A stretch of 64,000 nucleotides of DNA from Trypanosoma brucei. Its lineage: Eukaryota. Shown in pieces: positions 39,514 to 52,423 of the stretch (positions are counted from its first letter, which is position 1; each line of letters starts with the position of its first letter). Where the stretch lies: assembly GCA_000002445.1 (NCBI GenBank), contig CM000208.1:320001-384000 (forward strand), written 5' to 3'. A program made the translations under genes and the position numbers. Under the pieces are notes generated by a model. That model saw nothing but the letters and a program-made list of their open reading frames with translations. It was not told the origin of the DNA and made no database searches.

Positions 39514-40470
39514 TCACCAAGTGCCTAGAGGCAGGTACATCCATTTAGCAATGCACTCCGCAAAAACAGAGGTGGAAGACATTAGAGCCTCACGTCTCAG
39601 TTTCAATGAGAGATTGTCTCCTACAGGTATCATAGTAAGCTGAGTTATTAGCTGTGTAAGTAAGTCATCTGCATCCATTGTCTTGATGTGGAGGAGCTTA
39701 CGCAGCGACCCCGCTTCCTCATTTTTTACGCTCGAACCCTTCGCACCTGCAACCTTCTCCCCGACGGGAACACTAACGGCTCCTCTCACCAGCGTTGCCG
39801 CGTGAAGTAGCCGCTGTCCCACACACTCCACCTCCGCCAACATCAGCAACAGCGGCGCGACATATTTTCGCTCCAAACGCCGGCGGTGCCAATCGAAGGA
39901 CCTCTCGGCCACATCTGTGGAGTTAACATCCTCATCAACGCACAACGTGGCACCAGGCGATAAGGGTGTGGAAGATGTAGAAGTAGAGGTTATCGACGAC
40001 GACTGATAGGAGCAAAAACTTCCTTCAACACTAACCGCGTCCTCCTGCTGCCTAAAAGGGGGATCACAGCTGCGTGCTCGTCTCAGCCATACCTGACAAC
40101 CCTTTAGGAGTTTCCACGGGCCACTCACCCCCCTCCTTGCAATAGGATGACGAAAATGCCGCATGACACACGTGACGGCAACGACACAAATGCAGCCAGC
40201 GGTGACATACCGATGAACCTTCCGACACCGCGAAATGCGTCCAAGAAACGCTAAGAAGTCGCTTAGCGCCCTTGACTGCCCCGGTAGAGCCGTCCAACCG
40301 TTTCGCGCCAGCCATGAAGATCTCGTCGTTAGCGACTCACATACAGTGAAGCAGGAGGCGGACATCCTCCCACAGGTGGATACGAGTGGTGGATGAATGG
40401 TGGTGTCGGACTTTGCTGGTGTGCTCGACGCGCACCCGCACCAAACGTCGAACAAAACTCCGACGGGCAA
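39514..40470 (-). CDS. Hypothetical protein
   Basis: 318-aa ORF co-directional with its neighbours. No motif recognised. Confidence 0.3.
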   Translation of the reverse strand: MPVGVLFDVWCGCASSTPAKSDTTIHPPLVSTCGRMSASCFTVCESLTTRSSWLARNGWTALPGQSRALSDFLAFLGRISRCRKVHRYVTAGCICVVAVTCVMRHFRHPIARRGVSGPWKLLKGCQVWLRRARSCDPPFRQQEDAVSVEGSFCSYQSSSITSTSTSSTPLSPGATLCVDEDVNSTDVAERSFDWHRRRLERKYVAPLLLMLAEVECVGQRLLHAATLVRGAVSVPVGEKVAGAKGSSVKNEEAGSLRKLLHIKTMDADDLLTQLITQLTMIPVGDNLSLKLRREALMSSTSVFAECIAKWMYLPLGTW

Positions 40471-41481
40471 ATGGTCAGAAAACTGCTACTGTGGCAAAGA
40501 TATTGTGCCTACTTGGATCCCTTCGGCAAGTTGCTGGAGGAGGAGGAGGGAAGACCAGATCCACGACAGCGCCACGGGAAGATAAAACTACTTCCTCACG
40601 TAGAGGTGGCAATTATGGTAAATAATCCCGTGCAGCATGGCCAGCTCCTCAGAAACGCAAAAATAAATAAGAAAAGAAAAGAGATCGTCCCCTTACATTT
40701 TCTCATAGCCGAACGCGCGACAAGAAAGGTCATTTGAATCGTTCCCTCTCTGACAGCGGTCGTGCTAAGCAGAGTGACATTAGAATAAACGACAGGTTAA
40801 ATTATTCGAAGGTTTCAACGACAAGTGCACCATACCACAATGAGTCCAACGCTTTTAAAACGACATACTGGCACCCACTGCGGCTTCAGGCCCACAAAAA
40901 ACGGAGAGGCCAGCAGTTGCCGTGGGGTCCAAGGAAACCGAAACTCCTTCACTTGAGACTTTATTTCTACGGGGCGTGGTGCACGTTGCAACGCGGCGTG
41001 AATGAACCACCTCACGGTCCAACATAAGGACATGAAGTTACCTCCAGCGGTCCCCATCGTTTCCCCAACCTGTATGTACTGATAAGATCACTTGCTGAGT
41101 CTCTCTCCTCTCGACCACATATCAACCTACAGCAGTGCAATGCACTAATCTCATAAACACGAAGAAAGACGATAAATATAAACGTTCTGTGAAGCTGGAG
41201 AGTTAGGACGCAACTCAGGTAGAATAGAACGACGAAACAATATACGGCCGAAGAGGTTACGTATGACGATCACTTGCACAAACGAGAGTTTAAACCAATG
41301 AACAACGTCTGACAAGCAATGCAGCAAGGATCCAAGGGGAGAAAACGAAACAAGAGGGTGCGCGGAAAACTTTCCTTAACCGAGTCACCTCGGCGGGACA
41401 TCCCTCTGGCACAAGTGTTCAGACCGTGTGGCGGTTCACTAACTCATAGAGATACTCATACAAGGAAATATACTGGATAAG

Positions 41482-44445
41482 TTATGACATAGCCATCCAT
41501 AGTTGTAGCCAGGACTGATTCATGTTTTTACGCCAGTCCCGCAGGGTATACCGCCAGTCAGAGGGTTCTGACACCACGACCGCATCCCCAGCGCTATCCA
41601 CGTAGCGAAGGGAAAGTTCCTCAGCGCCTACTTGTTCGTCATCATCAATATCAAGTGGAAACAACAGGACGTGGTCAAGACCATTGGCCTTTAGCGCTTC
41701 CTTCACTCTCCAAACGATGCCTCTAAGCCGTGTGCGCCGACGGATGGGCTTCAGAGCAACACTCATCGGAAGTGCAAGTAAACCATCGCACACGTCTGAC
41801 ACAATGGACGTTCTGCTGCAAGAGACATCAATGTCGCTCCGTACTATGTAAAGAGATATTGGTATGGTGTATATCGCCGTATTCATTCCTCGGCTTGGGT
41901 CCCCTACCGAGCTGCTATAACTACAGCTCATGCTCCTTCCGTCCGAGTTCCGAAAATCCAACCTCAAGGGCGGGTGCGCCGCGAACTCGGCGCGGCGGGC
42001 GGCCACAGCAGCGGCATCTGCCGCCATGCGAACAATCTCCGCCGCGAGCTTGCTCGGTTGAAGTACCGTACTTTCTGGGCGGTGCGGCTTACAACATGAA
42101 AGTTCCGCCAATTTATCGATGGTTTTCGTAACAGCTGTGGAATCGTGTGAAAAGTTCCCCGACTCAAACCTTAGCCCCGTTACTTGGGCCAGCTGGCACG
42201 GTGCCCGCGTCATTTGCAGTTCATCAGGAGGGTAAGGAAATTGATCAGCGCGGCTGCTGCCCCCTTGAGCAAACATATGGCGACATTTCTCGGTGTAAGA
42301 CCTTGCATACAGCTCGTTCAACTCTGCACGTAGCCGCTTGCTTTCTTCTTCACGGGCTTTCTGGGCTTCGCGCACTGCCCTAAGTTTGCGCTGCCGACGC
42401 AAGTAACTGAAGTATATCTTTTTGCGCAGGATGGCCTCTAAGGTTTGTGTAGAATATCCTCGGCAGCGACCGACTAACATATGCGGTCCTCCTGAATTTT
42501 CGCACTCTTTATCAGCCTCCCCTTCCATTTCCTGTCGTTTCGCAGTCCGATTCGCTTCCAAAGTGATAACGCACTCCGTGGTCCGTGATTTCTCAGTTAA
42601 TGACGATGCCATCGGGCTCTGCGACACCTCCAATAACCTTGCCTCCAGCAACTCAGACATTGATTTGGATCCCGCGTCGACACCACTGAGTGGCTCAGCA
42701 AACAGAGCTAGCTGCCCCATAACTGACAGGCCATCCGACACACGACTGCGCCGAAGGCCTGGTGTAGAGTTCCTGTGTTTATGGGGCGATGACACAAGCG
42801 TGAAGTTCTCCCCGTCTTTCCAATCCACACGCACAACTTCACCATCGTAGCCCTCGCACAGACTCAACCTGGAAAAAGCCTCCGCATGGCGTAGCCATGG
42901 TATTCGGGAAATCTTTGCATTTATCATCTCTTGAGTGAAGGTATCAAACGCGTCTGTGCCACCTGGGTCTGCAATGTCGCTGGCGGCACCCTGACTTGTT
43001 ACGGGTCGCGAAGACGCAGGAGTTGAGTAGCCCGATCGCTCCGATATGTGGAGTACATCATATCGTCGCTCCACGGGCATTAGGCTGCTAACCAGCTCCT
43101 CGTATGAGCCTGCTACCCGGCTTGCAAGTGGCGATGACGTTGTCGGAATAGCTGCTGCGAGGGGAAATATATCGTCCATTTCCCCACCGCTTCCTATTCG
43201 ACAACATAAGCGGTTGACTCTGTTGGTTTGAGTAGCGATACCGTTGGTGGCCCATAAGTCACAAACCTCTGCTGCTGAAAGCCGCGATGGAGGGGGCGTT
43301 GCCGCAGGCGTAGGGCAACGAGAAGGGTTGAAAATAAAAAACTCGCGAAGTAATTGCGCCGCTGAAGGGCGTTCCATCGGATCCATGACAAGCATCCGCT
43401 CCACCAAAACAACCACAAGCTGATGCAGAGTTTTTTCTTGTCGAGTAAAAGCATCGCCGTATTGTGATTCCAACAAATGCAGTTGTTTTGGTGTAAAAGT
43501 GTGCTCACAATGCAGCGCCTCTCTGTCGTATTGCCCTTCTGTAACGACATGAATTTGAGCGAGCACATTGTCAGCAGCAAATGGGAGTTTCATGCAGTAA
43601 AGTTCGTAAGTAAGTACCCCAAGTGCCCATATATCAGCCCCAAACGAATATGGCTCACCAAGACAGAGCTCTGGACAAAGGTAAAACGGTGTGCCGATGA
43701 AGGTAACAAGCTTTGGATCCGTAGGGCTGACGACCTTGCTAACACCAAAGTCACCGATCTTCACCACATCGCTCTCCGTCAGGTACACATTAGCCGGCTT
43801 CACGTCACGGTGAATGATGCCACACTCATGTAGGTGAGCGAGCCCATCAAGGCATTGCCGAACCAAATCCACAATGCGGAAGGATTCAATCCATTGCTGA
43901 TGCTCTTCGCTGGGAGACTTATCCCCCCTAGATGTAGTCTTCCATGCATTCCGGCGCCCACTGGATCTCGACCCACAACGCATGGATGCATCTCCTCCAC
44001 CGCTACAGACACTCCTCCGTTTCTCGTTGGAGCCGGATCTACTCCCACAAACCCCACTGCCGCGAAGAAGCAAAGATAGGTCGCCCCCTGCCATGTACTC
44101 AGTAACGAGGCAAAGCTGCTGTTCATCATCCACAAAGCTGTCGACGTACTGCAGAACGTTTGTATGTCGTAAGTTCTTGAGAATGGCAACCTCGTTCATC
44201 GCATGGGCAACCTCGTCGTCGGAGATGGCTTTCAATTGTATTACCTTTACCGCGACCAACTGTCCGTACCACTCACTCCCCGGAAGCGTGTCGTGGCTGA
44301 GAAAAACACTACCGAAGCTTCCACTGCCGATCTGTTGGCCACGTGGAAAACGCCTCCATCCTGAGAGATGATGGCTTTGAGCTCCATTGCCCATTTGTGG
44401 AGTGGATTGAGTGGTACACGCATCCCAAGGGGCTCGGCTTGTCAT
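41482..44445 (-). CDS. Ser/Thr protein kinase, NEK-like, with a ~75-aa insert in the catalytic domain and a long C-terminal tail
   Basis: 987-aa ORF with GSGSFGSV, VAVK, HRDVKPANV, DFGVSK and GTPFYLCPE (NEK-type GTPxYxSPE). Confidence 0.8.
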   Translation of the reverse strand: MTSRAPWDACTTQSTPQMGNGAQSHHLSGWRRFPRGQQIGSGSFGSVFLSHDTLPGSEWYGQLVAVKVIQLKAISDDEVAHAMNEVAILKNLRHTNVLQYVDSFVDDEQQLCLVTEYMAGGDLSLLLRGSGVCGSRSGSNEKRRSVCSGGGDASMRCGSRSSGRRNAWKTTSRGDKSPSEEHQQWIESFRIVDLVRQCLDGLAHLHECGIIHRDVKPANVYLTESDVVKIGDFGVSKVVSPTDPKLVTFIGTPFYLCPELCLGEPYSFGADIWALGVLTYELYCMKLPFAADNVLAQIHVVTEGQYDREALHCEHTFTPKQLHLLESQYGDAFTRQEKTLHQLVVVLVERMLVMDPMERPSAAQLLREFFIFNPSRCPTPAATPPPSRLSAAEVCDLWATNGIATQTNRVNRLCCRIGSGGEMDDIFPLAAAIPTTSSPLASRVAGSYEELVSSLMPVERRYDVLHISERSGYSTPASSRPVTSQGAASDIADPGGTDAFDTFTQEMINAKISRIPWLRHAEAFSRLSLCEGYDGEVVRVDWKDGENFTLVSSPHKHRNSTPGLRRSRVSDGLSVMGQLALFAEPLSGVDAGSKSMSELLEARLLEVSQSPMASSLTEKSRTTECVITLEANRTAKRQEMEGEADKECENSGGPHMLVGRCRGYSTQTLEAILRKKIYFSYLRRQRKLRAVREAQKAREEESKRLRAELNELYARSYTEKCRHMFAQGGSSRADQFPYPPDELQMTRAPCQLAQVTGLRFESGNFSHDSTAVTKTIDKLAELSCCKPHRPESTVLQPSKLAAEIVRMAADAAAVAARRAEFAAHPPLRLDFRNSDGRSMSCSYSSSVGDPSRGMNTAIYTIPISLYIVRSDIDVSCSRTSIVSDVCDGLLALPMSVALKPIRRRTRLRGIVWRVKEALKANGLDHVLLFPLDIDDDEQVGAEELSLRYVDSAGDAVVVSEPSDWRYTLRDWRKNMNQSWLQLWMAMS

Positions 44446-44501
44446 TCCAGACTAGCGTGGATTGGCAGGGCAGGTTCAGCTGAGCCCCTCTTCCCGTACC
44501 T

Positions 44502-44530
44502 TATATATATATACATATATTTATATATAT
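44502..44530. repeat. TA-rich microsatellite
   Basis: tatatatatatacatatatttatatatat. Confidence 0.8.
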
Positions 44531-45460
44531 GTGGTGCGCCATCAAAATATGGGAGGAAATTCGGTGGGATGAGATTAGAAAGAAAAGATATAGGCCAATG
44601 GATTGTCAAAACGGCGTACATTCGTAAACAAGTGCGTCTACACATTCACCCACTCTCGTGCCGCATGTTTTTAGCACTTCACACATCCGGTGCGCCACGA
44701 TAAGGGGAGGTGGGAAGACTTTAATTTGCAACAGCCGCCTAGCCTCCGTTAATTTTCTCACCCCCAACGGCCAACACAGCACCATTAATTAAATGCGCAA
44801 CAAATCGAAGTGAATAGAAAAGAAATATAAAACCGCAAATAAATGTCCAGGCTTCTGGAACCTACGAACATAAGACCTTAACCTCCCCTAATGGTTCTGG
44901 CCGTTGAGCACGACTGCAAATAAACAAACGCAGCGCACAGGTCCACGCACAAAGCAACCACGCGCCTCATTCCGTTTCCGTATAATTTCCCTACTAACCA
45001 AGTTAAATCACCTTCATCTGAAGCTCACGATGTGTTATAAAGACTGGGGTGCGATGAACATGGCGAAATACCACGAAGAGACAAACCGCTCCGTACGAGC
45101 CTTCTCCTGTCCTTTATGTCACCGTATGGTCATCATTCATCAGAAAAAAAAAAAACGATCCAACCTTTCTTCTTTCCAGGGTAGACAACTACAAGTGACG
45201 GCATAATGTAGCATCTGTTCTCTATCGCCTATATCAAAACAAAACACAACGATGAAAATAATGATAATAATACGGAGGTAACGGCACCAACAACAATACA
45301 ATAGGACAAATAGACAGACCAGTATATATGAATGCATCCAGTTGTCAAATGCATACGTATGTATTGTTAAATAAATTACCTAACTTTACCTCCAGAGGCG
45401 ATTTTATCGACGTCCTCCATCTTACCCCAACATGTCGGTCTTACCCTAAGAGATTCAGTG

Positions 45461-45510
45461 ATATATATATATATATATATGTAGGTAGATAGGTAGGTAG
45501 GTAGGTAGAT
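45461..45510. repeat. Compound microsatellite: (AT)10 followed by GTAG/GATA-type tetranucleotide repeats
   Basis: atatatatatatatatatat gtaggtagataggtaggtaggtaggtagat, read directly. Confidence 0.9.
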
Positions 45511-45935
45511 GCACATGTGGCACGGACCCGCCTTACGGCTAAGGGATGCGCATCCCACTTATTTTAAAGTTCCTTTTCTTTATTTTTTATTTGTTTTGTC
45601 CTCCTCCCTTTGCTGCTACGTTGTATCAACACTGTTACCATCAGCATCATCGCCGTTGGACACCCCCCACCCTGTGCCGCGTAATTTTGACCAGAGAAGG
45701 CAGCTCTTACTTCGTGTTACGCTCGGCACTCCTCCTTCTTACAGGGTTCCCAGGCTGTCTCGGAAAGTAGTTTTTAACTTCTTCCCACCCCCCCCCGCAT
45801 CTCTGAAGGAAATGAAAACAAAACAAAAAAGGAACACAATAAAATAATTTTTCTCTGAAAGGAAAAAAAAACAAAAAAACAAAAATGGAATTCATACGGA
45901 ATAAGTATCTATTAGATGGGGAGATAGCATGGCGA

Positions 45936-46640
45936 TTACAATTTGCTCGGGTACCGTTTCGCATACTCCGGTTTTAAAACAAAGACGTGACGGTAGTTCC
46001 TGTACCTGTCATTCACCTCGAAGCCGTAACCAACCACGTATCTAGTTGGTGCAGTCAGGCAAACAAATTCGGGCTTAAAGTCCACAACGCGACCACCGGG
46101 CTTGTCCACAAGTACGCACACCTTCAAACTGGCAGGTCGGTACTCCCGGCGGATCTTCTCCACCAAAAGCTTCATTGTACGCCCCGTGTCGGCAATGTCT
46201 TCCATAATAAGTACATGTTTCCCCGTTAATTCAGTGAAGCGCAGGTTATCCAGCACCTGCACGGTGCCACTGCTTTTCGTGGTTCCCCTGTATGAAGTAA
46301 TGCGTATAAAGTCCACAACGTTAGGTAGCCCACAGTCTCCAAGGTAACGAACCATGTCTGCCGTGAAAATATAACTGCCCTTCAGGACAGAAATAATAAT
46401 TAGTGGATTTTCATCGGTGATTGGGGCCAATGCGCTATTACCCTTATTGTGGGTATCGCGGTGCTTAAGTGTCTTGTAAGCGTTGGCAAGCGTCTGTGCC
46501 ATTTCCTTCATGCTTCGGTGAATTGTGCTCTCCGTGGCGACAACACTTTCCGCCATGGGATATGATCTGCCATCAACCGTAACATTTCCGTCAGCATCCC
46601 TGCCAACAAAGTTCGGTTTGAGAGGATGGCCCGAGTGCAT
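45936..46640 (-). CDS. Hypoxanthine-guanine(-xanthine) phosphoribosyltransferase paralog carrying a C-terminal PTS1 (SKL), so probably glycosomal. The true start is probably an internal Met.
   Basis: 234-aa ORF with the PRPP-binding motif VLIMEDIADTGRTM. It is about 70% similar to the downstream HGPRT through the core and ends in ...RYPSKL. Confidence 0.85.
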   Translation of the reverse strand: MHSGHPLKPNFVGRDADGNVTVDGRSYPMAESVVATESTIHRSMKEMAQTLANAYKTLKHRDTHNKGNSALAPITDENPLIIISVLKGSYIFTADMVRYLGDCGLPNVVDFIRITSYRGTTKSSGTVQVLDNLRFTELTGKHVLIMEDIADTGRTMKLLVEKIRREYRPASLKVCVLVDKPGGRVVDFKPEFVCLTAPTRYVVGYGFEVNDRYRNYRHVFVLKPEYAKRYPSKL

Positions 46641-47843
46641 TATCGAAATTTACTGCGGTGTGCTGAATAGGTACAATTTTAGTCTGATTCAAGTATCGCA
46701 ACTAAAGTGAGTACCTACTTGTTTCGCACCTTCTGTTATAAACAATACGCCGGTCTTCCAGTTTTTCTTTCTTGAAACAAAAACTTACCTTGTAGAGAAC
46801 TGTTCGTCTCCAGTTCGCCTTCCTTATACACAAAGACGGGTAAACTCTTCTCAATAGTAAATCGGGTTAACAACGCCCCTTCACGTCATAAATGAGAAAC
46901 AAAAAAAAAGATGGTAAGACACAAATAAAACCGACAACATGGTGAGCAAATAAAGAAAGACAATAATTCTCAGCACCGTGACCAATTATAATACTGTTCA
47001 AGAGGTCATATTATTGAAAAATATGTGGGCTGTGATGCAGTAAAGGTAACTACAGCACTCTCCCAACAAGAGTTTCTAAAGACTACATCGCCATGAACCC
47101 GTAATTGCTCACAACAGCAGAGGAACACATATATATTATCTCAAAAATAAGGAAATATCAAAATATGGCGAAAAAACATTTAAAACCCTCTAGAAAATTG
47201 TTTAGAAAAAGATAGAGAGAGAAAGGGAGCTATCATCGTCGAGCACACAAAGCAACGACAACACTTCACAAACGATGGTGGTATATTGCCTCGGAGAGAT
47301 GCAAACGGAGCTTGAAGTAGGAATTATATGCACCGCTGGAATTAGTCTCACCCACTCGTAAGCATCCTCATGACTCATCCATCCTCAACTCCTCAAGTGA
47401 GGCACAACACCACCGACCAGGACTCACAGGGCAAAAAAGCAAGTGATTGACAAGCAACTGTTACCAGTACACCACCATCAACCACCGAGGTCGGCACACA
47501 TTACAGGAACAACGGTAATGTTATCCATCGCTTCGTTCATCGCTACGCTCCATGTGTTACACGGGAAAGAACTCTCCTCTCTTCTCATACCGGTTTCTTT
47601 ATTAGCTATTCTTCGCATCCTTTTCCCATTCATTCATCCCTTGTGCTCACATATCTTCCCCAAGTATGATCATTGTGAAACAAGCGTAGGGGAAATAACA
47701 AAACAAGCACAAGGCACAAGAGCTACCTGCTTACACAGGTAACATTAAATAGGGAGGAAGCATGGGAAAGAACAAATTTACGTACGGGTAATTGCACCAC
47801 AGAACCCCGTTGCCTCCCACCATCAGCACATCAGCGACCGCAT

Positions 47844-48503
<660 letters not shown>

Positions 48504-48870
48504 TCACGCGAGCTTTATGATATCTCTTGTGAAACCTTGTTACCGCAGAAGGAAAAGAAGATGCTAACATTGCACGATAATTGGGTTAGGTTCAAGGTAG
48601 TGGACTACCAGGTACTGCATGATACCTGTGGGGACGGCCGCATTCACGTCAATATTGCCAGATTAAACAAAGACAGAGGGAAAAAAAAATAAGAGGAGGG
48701 TGGAGGGAGAGGAACGTAACCATCTGGAGGCAAACGATCTTCCAAGCAAACAGCGAGCAAGGAAGTTACTGCCATATTTTCCAGTCCCTTCTCTGAGTCT
48801 GCCTAATCACGTGGGATGTTAATACAACACGATAATTTGTAAGCTATTAAGAATATGGAATTCGTTAACA

Positions 48871-49605
48871 TCATACGCTTTGGTGTCCTCTTGTTCTACC
48901 GCTCTCGCGGACTTCCCGTTCCCACGACGTTTCCACGTTTCGGCTATTTCGTTTAGCGGAAGTGAACAGATTTTCGTTGAAACTTCCGGCGCCGCTCACT
49001 GAACGAGTCCGTTCTCTTGCGCTACTATCCTGTTGTCGCTCTGGCTGAACCCCGTAAAGCTCCTCGCGGTGGACATAATGTCTCCGAACCCAAACCCAAA
49101 AGGCAAATGAAAGGACCGTACAAATGGTTAAAACGATGCGATGGTCTCGGCTGTACATTTCCTGTTGCTCACGCATCTTCACTAAGGCCTCCCGACTAAT
49201 CTGTAGCGAACCAAGCTGCATCTTTCCGTGCACCTGCGAGAGCTGGAGTGCCTTTTCGTGATAATCGAACACCATTGTTCGGAAGCATTTGTCCACTTCA
49301 TAATGAAAATTTTCATAGACCACCCGCAACTGACGAACTTGTTGCTCACGCTGCTTCAAGAGGGTTTCGAGTTCCGTGTTGGTCATTGCCCGGTAGGTTT
49401 CAATAGTGGGTCTCACAGCGGCACTCCCGCCGCTACCGCGCTTTGCGGACCCGCTCCAGCCTTCATCCTCAGCCGTTCCCGTGTGCCTTGTTCTCATGGA
49501 CTCAAGCCTCTCATTCTCTTCGCCGAGACCGGCCGTAAAGGAGGCGGAGGAAAACCCTGCAGGGGTCGTTGAGCTGAGCAGTGGCAAACCACATCGCCGA
49601 AACAT
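48871..49605 (-). CDS. Hypothetical coiled-coil protein with a single TM helix near the C-terminus
   Basis: 244-aa ORF with hydrophobic IVLTICTVLSFAFWVWV preceded by heptad-like Q/E/L-rich sequence. Confidence 0.35.
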   Translation of the reverse strand: MFRRCGLPLLSSTTPAGFSSASFTAGLGEENERLESMRTRHTGTAEDEGWSGSAKRGSGGSAAVRPTIETYRAMTNTELETLLKQREQQVRQLRVVYENFHYEVDKCFRTMVFDYHEKALQLSQVHGKMQLGSLQISREALVKMREQQEMYSRDHRIVLTICTVLSFAFWVWVRRHYVHREELYGVQPERQQDSSARERTRSVSGAGSFNENLFTSAKRNSRNVETSWEREVRESGRTRGHQSV

Positions 49606-51031
49606 TCCCCCGTTTTTCCTATTTCACCCTCCGATCAATTCGGTTCCACAGTCTTTCGTAGTTAGCGACACTTTTGTTAGCCGTAACAATGTGCGCACTC
49701 CTCGTCAAGCGATAGAGGAGGTTTCGACGGTTTCTACAGGAACCAAGTTTGAACACAACAGCTCGCACCTCGTGCGGTGACGGCGGTAATAAAAATAATA
49801 ATGTGCGATAATCATTATGTTGAGAAAAGTAAATAAGGGCATGCATATATATATATCGATACAGATACACACATTAGTGTATCTCACGTGAGGAAGAGCG
49901 CAGAAAGAAATTAGATCTTTAGGATGGCCCACAATGGGGGAGGAACGGTTTAATAAATCGCCGTTAACATCGTTACCTTGCTCGCACTCTTTTCTCGCTG
50001 TTTCCCCCGCCAAACCCACAATCTGTGAGGTCGACGGAGATTCCGTTGCTTGCTTTCCGCACTACAGTCCTTCCTTCGCTTTGTTTGTGTACCTTCCCCT
50101 CCATTCGTAATGTACCTTATAGATTGCGCAATGCTCACCCATTTCATATTGCCCCTTTCACTTACCTGTCCCATTCCTCTTATGTAACCCACCGCACCCA
50201 TCTCTCCTATAAATTTAGGCGGTAAGGTTTCTTCCAATAGGTGTGAGCTCCGGGTTGAAAGAAAAAAAAGGGAAGACACAACACAATGACTCTTAAAGGG
50301 AAATGACGACATATATTCGTGTTCACACGTGTAGAAAACCATTGAAAGGGGAAACAACCGCAGTTACCCAACGAGACGAAAAAGTTCCGACTCCACATCC
50401 CATTGTAGAGAAACCTAGTGTCTCGCTACGTGACATGAAGTGGGAATACGCGAATAACACACAGATACACACAAATGTCGTGCATTCAGTTTCCAGTGGG
50501 GAGACATGTTGAAAACAAACCACGTTTGTTTCTGTTTGATCGTCCTTGACATCCCTGGTCGCATTTAATTCGTCGCACGGGAAACACAAGCAGGCCGAAA
50601 ACCAAGGGAGGAAAGGGACTGCTGTTGCTCCTGCTTGTAGCTGCGGCACTTAATGCTTATTTATTTATTTATTAGCTGCACTCCATCTCCACCATGACGA
50701 CGCATGCATACACTATTCGGTTTCGTCGCAGAAACCATTGCGGTCCCAACAGAATGGTGAAGGAAGAATTAAAAAGAGAAACGGATTCGAAACTCAAACT
50801 TGGACTTAAACGTTAACAACTCGAGCGGGGAGTGGAAGCATTACGCTCGTAGTTGTTGTCATGTATGTGTGTTTGCTCATCCCTTCCTACATCTTTCCTT
50901 CCCTTCCCCTTTAACATTCACTGAAACTATGACTCCACCCACAGGAACCGGATGAAATGTCTTGACCCGATCCCCTCATGCGCCCTCCTAAAGGAAACTT
51001 ACACGAATGCCATCACCTCCAACGAAATAAA

Positions 51032-52423
51032 TTAGTAGTCGTCGCCCTTAGAAAGGATTTCCTTTGCGGTAGGTTTCAAAATAAGAGTATGCTCCAGTTG
51101 AGCAGTGTAGCAGCCACGTATGTCACAGAGGGGTGGGTATTTGTTCACTGCACCAGCCTCCACCAACTGGTTCAAATTCAGCAGATGCCTGTCGTGCCCG
51201 TCACGGTCCAACCACTTTCTCGCGAAGGCCAGCGTGTTGTATGTTTTATGAATGTGCCTTAGCAACTGCTGCGCCTTGTCCGAACGTACCTGTGTCTTTT
51301 CGCCCCCTGGTACCATCATGTAATGCGAGCATTCCATGTCCTCCTGCACGAACCCACGACCAGTGGAGCCGAATGTCTCGATAGCGAACAACTCGCCTTC
51401 TTCCATGCGTGTCGCCTCTCCACCACGTACAATCGGCACCGACTTTCCCCCATGAATGACATATGGCGCAATGGTATGCCCCGAGAGGTTTCGTATACTC
51501 TTCACGGGGTACACCTTCCCATTCAGTTCCACTTCATAGGACTCCATTACCTCCTGAATTGCCGCCCCAACATCACACAGTCGTACATCGATGCCAGCCT
51601 GCTTAACACCCTCATATGTCGCCTCCTTAACCGCGGTAAGCAAAGGCTCGTACTCGTCCTTGAAAGCAACCGTCCAGGCGCAGTCAATAATTCTACCGTT
51701 AATCTGAGTCCCAAAGTCCACTTTCATAACATCGTCATACATCAACACGCATTTATCACCAGTGTTCGGTGTGTAATGAGCAGCGACGTGATTGAGCGAG
51801 CAACCTGTTGGAAACGCCTGACCGCGATTAAGGCCATCCTTCTCAATAAGTTCCTCCAGCTTCTTTTCAATGCGGTCAGTCATGCTGAGGAGAGAAATAC
51901 CGGGCTTTATGAAGCTTTGGGCGTAGCGGCGCACCTGTCGATGCACTTCGGCCGCACACCGCAGGTCCTGCACCTGTTCCTCAGTCGCGTGCTCCATTGC
52001 ACGTTTCTCCTCGCTGCTGTAGCGGTACGCATTAACCTCACCAGGATGCTCACAAATGATACCGACAGGAAAATTGCCCCTCGCAAACTGCTGACTGACG
52101 GGAATAGTCGGTTCCGGCCACGTCTGCCGCTTCATTCCTTCCGCCACTTGTGGGTACGGGTTGTCGGGGTGGTCAGCGGTGCTGACAACCTTCGGGTCGC
52201 TGGCGTCATTGTTGTCATTCGCTTCCCCATTGCTCTCCTGCTTACTCGTTCGTTGCTTTCCTTTTTGTGCCTTTTTGTTAGCGTCACCACCTTGTTTGTC
52301 TTTGCTCACTTGAACCTCTTGCAACGCTTTGGCCAGTTGTGCATCGAAATCAGCTTCATCATCCTTGCATTTCTTACCGCCCTGTTGCTTCTTTGAGCCC
52401 GCTCCCCCGCCTTTAGGTGGCAT
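51032..52423 (-). CDS. Methionine aminopeptidase 2
   Basis: 463-aa ORF with the Lys-rich N-terminal block typical of MetAP2. It also has the pita-bread fold signatures (FPTGCSLNHVAAHYTP, the D...D...H...E...E metal ligands context, NLSGHTIAPYVIHGGKSVP). Confidence 0.85.
   Translation of the reverse strand: MPPKGGGAGSKKQQGGKKCKDDEADFDAQLAKALQEVQVSKDKQGGDANKKAQKGKQRTSKQESNGEANDNNDASDPKVVSTADHPDNPYPQVAEGMKRQTWPEPTIPVSQQFARGNFPVGIICEHPGEVNAYRYSSEEKRAMEHATEEQVQDLRCAAEVHRQVRRYAQSFIKPGISLLSMTDRIEKKLEELIEKDGLNRGQAFPTGCSLNHVAAHYTPNTGDKCVLMYDDVMKVDFGTQINGRIIDCAWTVAFKDEYEPLLTAVKEATYEGVKQAGIDVRLCDVGAAIQEVMESYEVELNGKVYPVKSIRNLSGHTIAPYVIHGGKSVPIVRGGEATRMEEGELFAIETFGSTGRGFVQEDMECSHYMMVPGGEKTQVRSDKAQQLLRHIHKTYNTLAFARKWLDRDGHDRHLLNLNQLVEAGAVNKYPPLCDIRGCYTAQLEHTLILKPTAKEILSKGDDY

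Noticed and set aside
41482-44445. Possible N-myristoylation of the NEK-like kinase via the internal MGNGAQS
   Set aside because: Residue 6 is Gln, which violates the myristoylation consensus. MGNGAQS is also not the first Met of the ORF.
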